Origin: Chloroflexota bacterium
GTDB taxonomy: Bacteria; Chloroflexota; Dehalococcoidia; Lucifugimonadales; SAR202-VII-2
NCBI GenBank assembly: GCA_003228115.1
Contig: QEVV01000003.1
Location: forward strand, 77,466 to 141,465
Direction: 5' to 3'
DNA length: 64,000 bases
The notes beneath the pieces were generated by a model, which was given only the letters and a program-made list of their open reading frames with translations, did not search any database and was not told the DNA's origin. Made by a program: the position numbers and the translations under genes. Positions 18,027 to 25,526 of the stretch are shown here, piece by piece. Every line of letters begins with the position of its first letter. Within the stretch, counting starts at the first letter, position 1.

Positions 18027-19037
18027 CTAGCTTCTGGCGTTAGAGACATCGGCCACCAACAACTCTAAGACACCTTCGGGAGATGCAGCGCCGGTTTTGA
18101 TTGCCGTGTCTGCGTCCAGAAGTTGCCTATACAGTGCTGTCAATTTCTGCATGGTGTATGCCTTCGATTGTTTTTGCGTCTTTTCCAGCACGAATGACGA
18201 TGTGACACCCATTCTCCGGGAGAGCTCCTGTTCCGACAGCCCCTGTCCCTTCAGCGACAGCGCCAACAAGAGCAGCCGCACTTGCCTAACGATCATTGTC
18301 AGGATGTATAGCACCGCTGCGCCATCAGCAATCAGTCGTCGTAGTTCCCGCAAGGCCACCAACTGGCGGCCTTCCACCATTGCATCAACGGCAGCGAAGA
18401 TGTTTGCCTCCCTGGCCCTAGAGACCAGCAATCCAACATCGTCTTCAGAGACCGGTCGGTCACCGGCGTAGAGTTGCAGTTTCTCCAACTCCCCGTCCAG
18501 CGACCACAGGTTGCCGCCGCCCAGCTCCGTGAGCAAGCGGAGAGCGCCGTCCGACATCACGCCTCCCTTGCGGGTCATCCTCTCTTTGATCCAAGAGCGC
18601 AACTGTTCTCTTTGCAAGGCCTGGAACCGGCGGGCAGTCGCCACTGGCTTCAGCAACTGGAGCAGGGGGTTCGTGTCCTTGAGAGACGCTTCCTTGAACA
18701 CGAGGAGGGTCGTTGGGGGCAGTAAGGGAACCGCCTCCGCCGCTCCGGCCCAGGCCCCCAACTCTTTGACAGCGGCATCCTGGTTTTTCGTCGAGCGCCG
18801 ACGACCGCTGCCGTCGAACGTAGCAAGGACGCCTTCTACCAAGACCATCCGAGCGGGAGTCATGAAGGGCACCGTGGAGCTTGTCGCTATGACCTCTTCG
18901 TAGGAGGTCGAACCCGCGATGAGGGTCGTGAAGTTCACGTCCCAAAGCTCTTTGGGGCCAAGGTTCTCTTTCAACTCATTGAGAGCCTCGGCCATCGAGA
19001 AGTCGTCGTCACCGTAGAAGATGTAGGCAGGAGACAT
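18027..19037 (-). CDS. holA: DNA polymerase III delta subunit
   Basis: Start chosen at MSPAYIFYGDDDFSMAEAL (typical HolA N-terminus); the ORF track starts 6 codons earlier at a TTG. About 336 aa of helical clamp-loader-like sequence. Confidence 0.75.
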   Translation of the reverse strand: MSPAYIFYGDDDFSMAEALNELKENLGPKELWDVNFTTLIAGSTSYEEVIATSSTVPFMTPARMVLVEGVLATFDGSGRRRSTKNQDAAVKELGAWAGAAEAVPLLPPTTLLVFKEASLKDTNPLLQLLKPVATARRFQALQREQLRSWIKERMTRKGGVMSDGALRLLTELGGGNLWSLDGELEKLQLYAGDRPVSEDDVGLLVSRAREANIFAAVDAMVEGRQLVALRELRRLIADGAAVLYILTMIVRQVRLLLLALSLKGQGLSEQELSRRMGVTSSFVLEKTQKQSKAYTMQKLTALYRQLLDADTAIKTGAASPEGVLELLVADVSNARS

Positions 19038-19118
19038 AGCACCGTGGTTGTACAACAGCGACGAGGTGAGCGCAAGAGTCTGGGGTCAACAACCAGGTAG
19101 AAAAGGGGTTTCCACGAA

Positions 19119-20303
19119 CTAGTCGCTGAACAACGCCCCGGCAATGGACACCAGCGAACCGAAGGTGTCGTCCGCCGGGCACTGCTCGTAGGTCAACACC
19201 TGGCCCGTTGCACCTTGGAGAATATGGGCCATGTAATGAATGGGGGCTGAGCCGCAGATGCGAGTGGGGTCCCGTCGGGACAAGATATGCGCCGTTAGGG
19301 CTGCGCTGTCACCAGTGCAGGCCGCCTCCAGCCACTCTCCGTCAAGGGCCTCAAGCTGCGCCTTATCAGCTTCTTCCAGCGGGGAGGCGTCGCCGAACAC
19401 AGGCCCCATGTGACTTAAATCGCCTGCAGCCACCACCAAGGTTCGCCGCTGGCGCGCAGCCCTGGCCATGATATCCACAGCGTCCCATATCGATTGGCCG
19501 CTATCACTGCCAGCGCCCAATATGGCGTCGTGGGAACCGCACAGGACCGGCAGGACAAACTTCGGCTCACCGCCTGCGGCGTAGTGCACCCAGGTCGATG
19601 CCAGTTCGATGGAGTGTTCTCCCAGGTGGTGAGGCTCCTGAGCGAATGCCGCCTCGTCACCCAGGGCTGAGGCCAGCCTATCAACGAGGTCGACATCTGT
19701 GGGCAAGGGGCCCCAAGGAGTGCCGTAACTCTGGCGGGTTAAGGTCATGGTGCCCGGAAGCCCAGCGTGGTCGGTCCCTAGAATAATGATCAGTTCGGCA
19801 GCTTGGACGGCGCTGCGGGCCGCCTGCCACGTAGCGGCATAGGTCCGCCAGCCTCGGTGGTAGTCGATGTGCGGGCTGATGACTCCGGCCACTCCCTCCC
19901 AAGCTGCTGCGTCGGCTACCTCTGCCTGCTGGAGGTATCCGTCAAAGGCAGCCGAGAGTTGGACTGGGTCGCTGGGATAGCCAGCACCGGCCAGTCTTGG
20001 AGGCCGATGTGGAGCCGAGCGGTATCGGTCCATGGCCTGCGCCACGGCCTCCCGGTAGCGTCGATTCTGCAGAAGAAACGCCTTATCCAAACCATCCACG
20101 AAGGCCCTTATTTGGTCCTCTGGAATGGATTGACCGGTGCGCAGATTGAAGTCGGATTGCAGTTCGGGCAGGTTGCGGGTGCCGTCGCACAGGGCGAGAA
20201 GCGGAACCAGTGGGGGGGGGACCAAGATCGTCTGACCTCCCGACAGGCGCAACGAGTCCGTCAGGGCTAGGACTTGCCTGCCCTCGTAGACGATCCATTT
20301 CAT
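19119..20303 (-). CDS. Memo-family (AmmeMemoRadiSam system protein B-like) protein with about 100-aa N-terminal PqqD-like extension
   Basis: Core RLAGAGYPSDP...ISPHIDYHRG...ILGTDHAG...EHSIE...AAGDLSHMG matches Memo/LigB-type motifs. First ATG at 20303 (MKWIVYEG...). The ORF track extends to a TTG at 20426, which overlaps the divergent promoter. Confidence 0.75.
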   Translation of the reverse strand: MKWIVYEGRQVLALTDSLRLSGGQTILVPPPLVPLLALCDGTRNLPELQSDFNLRTGQSIPEDQIRAFVDGLDKAFLLQNRRYREAVAQAMDRYRSAPHRPPRLAGAGYPSDPVQLSAAFDGYLQQAEVADAAAWEGVAGVISPHIDYHRGWRTYAATWQAARSAVQAAELIIILGTDHAGLPGTMTLTRQSYGTPWGPLPTDVDLVDRLASALGDEAAFAQEPHHLGEHSIELASTWVHYAAGGEPKFVLPVLCGSHDAILGAGSDSGQSIWDAVDIMARAARQRRTLVVAAGDLSHMGPVFGDASPLEEADKAQLEALDGEWLEAACTGDSAALTAHILSRRDPTRICGSAPIHYMAHILQGATGQVLTYEQCPADDTFGSLVSIAGALFSD

Positions 20304-20419
20304 GTCTATGCGACGGAGCCTAGCGTTCTCTTCCAATTGCACTCGCCGTCCGTTTGAATGACCAAATCCAGTCCATTCTACCGGAAGCTTTGTCCATTGA
20401 GCATTAGGCACAATCTCGA

Positions 20420-20448
20420 TTGACAACCCACACCACCGCTGCTACAGT
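20420..20448 (+). promoter_or_regulatory. Near-consensus promoter TTGACA-17-TACAGT driving the reductase leader
   Basis: TTGACA 20420-20425, exact 17-nt spacer, TACAGT 20443-20448. Predicted start about 20455, 3 nt before ATG 20458. Confidence 0.45.
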
Positions 20449-20457
20449 CTGGGCACT

Positions 20458-20496
20458 ATGACGAGAAGCGTGGATATTTGTAGGTGTTGTCGCTAA
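20458..20496 (+). CDS. Candidate leaderless 12-codon leader peptide MTRSVDICRCCR
   Basis: ATG 3-10 nt after the -10 box, with no Shine-Dalgarno. Three TGT codons among the last five sense codons. Sits upstream of a sulfur-assimilation-type reductase. Hypothesis only. Confidence 0.25.
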   Translation: MTRSVDICRCCR

Positions 20497-20531
20497 TGGC
20501 CAACGTTTGCTCGTAAGGTTAGAGAGCGTTG

Positions 20532-20574
20532 CGCCCCCTCGCATACAATGGTTCGAGGGGGCGTATCTTTATTA
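20532..20574 (+). promoter_or_regulatory. GC-rich hairpin (CGCCCCCTCG / CGAGGGGGCG) plus ATCTTTATTA: terminator/anti-SD element in the reductase 5' UTR
   Basis: 10-bp perfect stem with a 12-nt loop and a U-rich tail. The C-rich arm is also complementary to the AGGGGG Shine-Dalgarno at 20590-20595. Confidence 0.4.
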
Positions 20575-20604
20575 CAGACGTTATTGCTAAGGGGGTGACG
20601 CGCA

Positions 20605-22422
20605 ATGGTCAGCAAATGGGAAGAGGGCCTTCACGAGCCCACGATGGAAGAGAAGGCAGCGCTCGATTATTCCAAGGGAGTTATTCCTCACGTCCCCCAG
20701 GAAGTCGTGGACTTCGAGGCGGAGGTGCGCAAGTGGCGAAGCGGCGAATGGACTGAAGAGCAGTTCATTCCTTTCAGGTTGGTCCGGGGAGTATACGGTC
20801 AACGCCAACCGGACTCCCAAATGCACCGCATCAAGATCCCTTTTGGCGGGATGACGGCAGATGAGCTCGATGTGATTGGCGACATCGTTGATGAGTACGC
20901 CCCGATGAGAAAGGGCCACATCACGACTCGTGAGAACATCCAGATTCACTTCATCAAAGTTGAAAACAACATCGAAATCATCCGGCGCTTGGGCGAGGTT
21001 GGTCTTGGCAGCCGTGAGGCCTGTGGCAACACAGTGCGCAACGTCATCGGTTGCCCCATCTCCGGAGTCACGCCGGAAGAGCCCTTTTACGTCAGCCCGT
21101 ATGTAGCCGCCTACGCCCGTTGGTGGGTTCGGCACCCGTTCTCCCAGAAATTGCCTCGCAAGATGAAGGTTTCGTTCTCCAGTTGCGCTCGGGACTGCGT
21201 AGTCAGCGCGATCCATGACATGGCGTTCATTCCCAAGATCCAAAGGGACGAGAATGGCGTCGATCGAAAGGGCTTTCAGATGCTGGTAGGCGGCGGCACC
21301 TCCATCATGCCTCGCCTGGCCCTGACCCTTTACGACTTTGTGCCGGTAGAAGAATACATCAAGGTCAGCGAAGCCGTTATTCGGATCTTCAATGTCAGCG
21401 AGGAGCTTCGGAAGAACCGGATGAAGGCCCGCATCAAGTTCCACATCGACCGGGTGGGCATCGAAGCCTTCCAAGCAGAGGTCAAAGAAGAATTGAAGAA
21501 GCCCTGGGCACAGAAGGACTACGACCCGACACCCCTTCTCGAGTTGCCGGACGAAGACCTAGACGCGCCTCACGCTCCAGTGGAGGTCACCGAAGGCCAC
21601 CGCGAGCCCGAGTACCAACACTGGCTGGACACCAACGCGTTCCCCCAGAAACAGGAAGGCTACAACTACCTCTACGTTAAGGTGCCCCAGGGCGACCTCA
21701 CGCCAGAGCAGTTCCACGGCCTCGCCACCATCGCACGCGACTACGCCGGAAGCCGGGCGCGAGTCACGGTGGAGCAGAACGTCGTTTTCCGATGGATCCC
21801 AGACGGCTACCTACACAACGTGTGGGAAGCCCTCAACGAGATCGGTCTGGGCGACGCCGGAGCCGGTGAGATCACCGATGTTGTGACCTGCCCCGGCACC
21901 GACAGCTGCAAACTGGGCATTACTTCATCAATGGGACTGGGCCGAGCGCTCATGGGCGTTCTGGAAGAGATGAACATCCAAGACCCGCTGGTCAAATCCA
22001 TGAACGTGAAAGCCAGCGGCTGCCCCAATGGTTGCTCTCGTCACCACATAGCCAGCATTGGCTTCCACGGCGCGGCAACCAAGGGCGATGGGAATCAAGT
22101 CCCGGCCTACGAGACATTCCTAGGAGGCAACTTCGGCACCGGCATAGACGCCCGGTTCGGAGTGCGGGTTAAGAACAAGGTGCCCGCAAAGCGAGTACCG
22201 CAGCTCCTGCGCCACTACATTACGTACTACCAGGAACAACGCAAGAACGATGAGCCATTCAACGACTTCGTTGACAGGGTAGGAACCGACCCGTTCGAGG
22301 CCATCGCCTTGGAATACAAGGACGCGGGCCCGCTGAACAAGGACAATATCGACACGTACCTGGACTGGAGCAAGTCAGTCCTCTACAAGCTCGAAAGAGG
22401 CGAAGGCGAGTGCGCCGTATAG
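20605..22422 (+). CDS. Ferredoxin-dependent sulfite/nitrite reductase (siroheme/4Fe-4S family)
   Basis: Two nitrite/sulfite reductase repeats. Cluster-binding Cys motifs TCPGTDSCKLG and SGCPNGCSRHH. AAGGGGGTGA Shine-Dalgarno. 605 aa. Sulfite versus nitrite specificity cannot be decided by eye. Confidence 0.85.
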   Translation: MVSKWEEGLHEPTMEEKAALDYSKGVIPHVPQEVVDFEAEVRKWRSGEWTEEQFIPFRLVRGVYGQRQPDSQMHRIKIPFGGMTADELDVIGDIVDEYAPMRKGHITTRENIQIHFIKVENNIEIIRRLGEVGLGSREACGNTVRNVIGCPISGVTPEEPFYVSPYVAAYARWWVRHPFSQKLPRKMKVSFSSCARDCVVSAIHDMAFIPKIQRDENGVDRKGFQMLVGGGTSIMPRLALTLYDFVPVEEYIKVSEAVIRIFNVSEELRKNRMKARIKFHIDRVGIEAFQAEVKEELKKPWAQKDYDPTPLLELPDEDLDAPHAPVEVTEGHREPEYQHWLDTNAFPQKQEGYNYLYVKVPQGDLTPEQFHGLATIARDYAGSRARVTVEQNVVFRWIPDGYLHNVWEALNEIGLGDAGAGEITDVVTCPGTDSCKLGITSSMGLGRALMGVLEEMNIQDPLVKSMNVKASGCPNGCSRHHIASIGFHGAATKGDGNQVPAYETFLGGNFGTGIDARFGVRVKNKVPAKRVPQLLRHYITYYQEQRKNDEPFNDFVDRVGTDPFEAIALEYKDAGPLNKDNIDTYLDWSKSVLYKLERGEGECAV

Positions 22423-22432
22423 TTACTGCATG

Positions 22433-22470
22433 AAGCAAGAGCCGCCTCACATGAGGCGGCTCTTGCTTTG
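22433..22470 (+). terminator. Intrinsic terminator after the reductase gene
   Basis: AAGCAAGAGCCGCCTCA / TGAGGCGGCTCTTGCTT 17-bp inverted repeat, 11 nt after the stop, followed by TG. Confidence 0.7.
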
Positions 22471-22491
22471 TCAGCTACACGCCAGCTAACC

Positions 22492-22854
22492 ATGTCAATC
22501 AGCCGCACCAAGGCCCAAGACTACGCTGAGATCGTCCTTTCAAAGCCTCAGGGAACTATGAACGTCACCCTGAGTAACGGGGCGACTGGTGTATCCCTTC
22601 TCTTTAAACGCAAAGTCCTCACCCGCTGCCACTCCTCCTCAGTTGGACGCCTCCAGGCCTACTACATGGCAAGAATCCTTGGCGTAGACCTGCCCCAGCC
22701 CGGTTCATCCGTAGAAACGACCGTCCCTGGCGGTGTGCTCTATAGAGCGATTGCCGTCTCAGGCCTGGACCTGCGAAAGCCGTGGGCGAAAATGATCCTG
22801 GCCCAGCACCTCGATATCGCAGACATGCAGCGGGGCGGTGGGTCAACTCCCTAG
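22492..22854 (+). CDS. Hypothetical protein (120 aa), weak call
   Basis: Third-position C/G bias resembles that of neighbouring genes. No recognisable family and no obvious Shine-Dalgarno. The ORF-track TTG start at 22468 lies inside the terminator. Confidence 0.3.
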   Translation: MSISRTKAQDYAEIVLSKPQGTMNVTLSNGATGVSLLFKRKVLTRCHSSSVGRLQAYYMARILGVDLPQPGSSVETTVPGGVLYRAIAVSGLDLRKPWAKMILAQHLDIADMQRGGGSTP

Positions 22855-22911
22855 CCCGTCTCCGCATCCGGCGTATCCGCACCCCATTTCTGTCAATCCC
22901 AACACGCCCTT

Positions 22912-22952
22912 TTTGTCATTCCGAACGAGCATAACGACTGAGGAATCTTGTT
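22912..22952 (+). repeat. Hairpin-type repeat copy A: TTTGTCATTCCGAACGAGC...GAGGAATCTTGTT
   Basis: Inverted partner lies at 23025-23057. ATTCC/GGAAT form an internal stem. Confidence 0.7.
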
Positions 22953-23024
22953 CGCCCACTCGGCCCATGCTTTTTTTCAGAAGGCGAGGGTTGTAGCTGG
23001 GTGGCGGGCGTCGGCCTGTAAAGC

Positions 23025-23057
23025 AACAAGATTTCTCTCTCCGCTCGAAATGACAAA
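23025..23057 (-). repeat. Hairpin-type repeat copy B (reverse complement TTTGTCATTTCGAGCGGAGAGAGAAATCTTGTT)
   Basis: Shares TTTGTCATT(C/T)CGA(A/G)CG and GA(G/A)(G/A)AATCTTGTT with copy A, in opposite orientation, 72 nt away. Confidence 0.7.
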
Positions 23058-23159
23058 GACGGTAAGAAGTGCACCTCTTCCCCGACAGACGGTAGCGTCA
23101 AAATATCCGGTGACGTAACATAAGGTGCTGATTGATGGCATCCCCGTGGGAGGCGCAAA

Positions 23160-23606
23160 ATGGAAGTCAAAGAGTTGGGTCATATTGTGTTGTATGTGGA
23201 AAACCTTGAACGTTCCCGCAAATTTTACGGGGAAGTCCTAGGTTGGAATGAAGCTGCCCGCATAGGTACCAGAGGCGCAATGTTCACCTCTGGGCGGACC
23301 CACCATGAGTTGTTACTCCTGGAAGTCGGCGAGGGCGCGACTCCCATTCCGGAGGGTCGGCGCGTCGGCATGTACCACTTCGGGCTCAAGGTTGGCGAAA
23401 GCGACGACGAGCTGCGCCAAGCCCTCGACGAACTGAAGAAGGCCAATGTCACCATTGTTGGAGCTACGGACCACGGGGTAACGCACAGTCTCTATATTGA
23501 AGACCCTGACGGCAACGAGCTGGAGCTTTATATCGACGTGCAGCCGGCCATTTGGAAGGAAGACCCTTCCGCGGTGGTCGCTCCTAATCTGCCGCTCCGC
23601 CTGTAG
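23160..23606 (+). CDS. VOC-family (glyoxalase/bleomycin-resistance/extradiol dioxygenase fold) protein
   Basis: LGHIVLYVENLERSRKFYGEVLGW...HHELLLLEV...YHFGLKV...HSLYIEDPDGNELELY is the typical VOC pattern. 148 aa. Confidence 0.85.
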   Translation: MEVKELGHIVLYVENLERSRKFYGEVLGWNEAARIGTRGAMFTSGRTHHELLLLEVGEGATPIPEGRRVGMYHFGLKVGESDDELRQALDELKKANVTIVGATDHGVTHSLYIEDPDGNELELYIDVQPAIWKEDPSAVVAPNLPLRL

Positions 23607-23749
23607 ACATCGGGGAAGGCTGGCGACAGACCCGCCCTAACCAACGCCGCGCCCCCCGCGGCGGGTGTGGATTTAGCAGCGCCGTTTTTGGGTCGCAGAC
23701 CCTAGGGCGAGGGAACCTCGCCTCCGATAGGTTTAGAAGAGGAAGGAAT

Positions 23750-24619
23750 ATGAGCATAACGATGGGAGTAGGGCTTCCGGCGGCTCACGGTAACGCCTCC
23801 GGAGCAGATATCGTGGAATGGGCGCAGAAAGCAGACGCTGGCCCCTTCTCCAGCCTTCTTGTAGTGGACCGAATCGTCTATCAAAACATGGAGCCATTGA
23901 TGGCTCTGGCAGCCGCAGCAGCCGTGACCAGTCGGGTACGGTTGGCCACCGGCATCCTCCTTTCTCCACTGCACAGCGCCGGGATCATCGCCAAGCAGTC
24001 TGCCACCCTTCACTCTCTGTCCGGTGGCCGCTTCACACTCGGCCTGGGTGTGGGTAGCCGCTCAGACGACTTCATGGCAACCGAGACTCCAATGAAGGGG
24101 CGCGGCAAGGTCATGGAAGACCAGATGGACCTCATGTTCCGCGTGTGGTCCGGAGACAAAGCCACGGACGATTCCGGCCCCGTAGGGCCCTCGCTTCCCA
24201 AGGGAGAAAGGCCCGAAGTGCTGATAGGCGCCCGATCGGATGCGGCATTGGCGCGGGTCGGGAAATGGTCCGACGGCTACGTCGCCACGCCCAGAAGCCC
24301 CGAGGCCCTGGCCGGCTACCTCAAGTTGGTAGAGCAGTCTTGGAAGGACAATAACCGCCAGGGCAAGCCAAGGCAGGTTGCCGTGGTGTTCTTCTCTCTT
24401 GGCCCCAACGCCAAGGAACACGGTCAGAGCTACGTTGGCAACTACTACAATTACCGAGCCGACATTGCGGAGCAGGCGTCTCAGGGAGTCCTGTCATCAC
24501 CCGAGGCCATCAAGGCCGCCATGAAGGCTTACGGCAACCTGGGTATGGATGAACTGGTGGTGCTCCCCTGCAACCCTGCAATCGATCAACTGGACCGACT
24601 AGCCGACGTCGTTGGATAA
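23750..24619 (+). CDS. LLM-class F420/flavin-dependent oxidoreductase, tandem paralog 1
   Basis: GVGLPA...EWAQKADAGPFSSL...DRIVY.N.EP...[11 protein letters not shown]...GGRFTLGLGVG.R.DDF is shared with the next two genes. Confidence 0.9.
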   Translation: MSITMGVGLPAAHGNASGADIVEWAQKADAGPFSSLLVVDRIVYQNMEPLMALAAAAAVTSRVRLATGILLSPLHSAGIIAKQSATLHSLSGGRFTLGLGVGSRSDDFMATETPMKGRGKVMEDQMDLMFRVWSGDKATDDSGPVGPSLPKGERPEVLIGARSDAALARVGKWSDGYVATPRSPEALAGYLKLVEQSWKDNNRQGKPRQVAVVFFSLGPNAKEHGQSYVGNYYNYRADIAEQASQGVLSSPEAIKAAMKAYGNLGMDELVVLPCNPAIDQLDRLADVVG

Positions 24620-24646
24620 GGTGGCCGCGTCTTCAAGGGGGCAATC

Positions 24647-25504
24647 ATGAAGGTAGGCATTGGACTTCCCGCACATCTTCCAGGCACGCCTGGGAACATT
24701 ACAATCGAATGGGCCAAGCGAGCTGAAGCAGGCCCCTTCTGGTCGCTTGCCGCAATAGACCGGGTAGTCTTCCCCAACTACGAGCCGATGATGGCGCTGG
24801 CGGCGGCGGCGGCAGTAACACAGAGAATCCGTCTCATCACCACGGTTCTCCTGGCGCCCCTGCGCAACGCCGGGGTGTTTGCCAAAGAGGCAGCTACAAT
24901 CGATGCAATCAGCGGTGGCCGCCTCACACTTGGGCTTGGTGTCGGCGGAAGGGCCGATGACTTCTGGGCCGCCCCAGCCAATTACAACAGCCGGGGCAAA
25001 GATTTCGAAAGCCAACTCGATGTCATGACCACCGTCTGGTCGGGAAAGGCGGTAGAGGGCGCAGGACCAGTGGGACCGGTATCCGGTCAAGCCGGTGGAC
25101 CCGAAGTCCTCATTGGAGGCGTCGCCCCTCGCGCCGTAGCACGGTTGGGAAAATGGGGAAGCGGCTATATTTCGGGACCATCTGCCCCCGATCAAGTGAG
25201 GCAACGCTTCGATGCCGCCGAGGATACGTGGAAAGAAGCAGGACGTTCAGGTAAGCCACGTTTGGTGGGGATGATCTATTATGCTCTCGGCCCTGATATA
25301 GACCGGGGTATCGATTTCGTGCGGCAATACTATTCCTTCAGTCCTGCGGCGGCAGAGAATTCCGTCAAGGCCCTGCAAACCACGACCGAGGACTTGAAGG
25401 ACAGGATCAAAGCATACGAAGACATTGGCATGGATGAATGCGCTATCTTGCCTGCGCTTTCGTCTCTGGACCAGGTTGACCGCCTGGCTGACATTCTCGG
25501 ATAG
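24647..25504 (+). CDS. LLM-class F420/flavin-dependent oxidoreductase, tandem paralog 2
   Basis: [13 protein letters not shown]...[27 protein letters not shown]..., collinear with paralogs 1 and 3. Starts 27 nt after paralog 1. Confidence 0.9.
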   Translation: MKVGIGLPAHLPGTPGNITIEWAKRAEAGPFWSLAAIDRVVFPNYEPMMALAAAAAVTQRIRLITTVLLAPLRNAGVFAKEAATIDAISGGRLTLGLGVGGRADDFWAAPANYNSRGKDFESQLDVMTTVWSGKAVEGAGPVGPVSGQAGGPEVLIGGVAPRAVARLGKWGSGYISGPSAPDQVRQRFDAAEDTWKEAGRSGKPRLVGMIYYALGPDIDRGIDFVRQYYSFSPAAAENSVKALQTTTEDLKDRIKAYEDIGMDECAILPALSSLDQVDRLADILG

Positions 25505-25526
25505 CATCAATACGGAGGTTCCCGTT

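Noticed and set aside
20587-21474. 295-aa ORF antisense to the sulfite/nitrite reductase gene
   Set aside because: The plus-strand product has clear reductase motifs along its full length. Long antisense ORFs are expected in GC-rich DNA.
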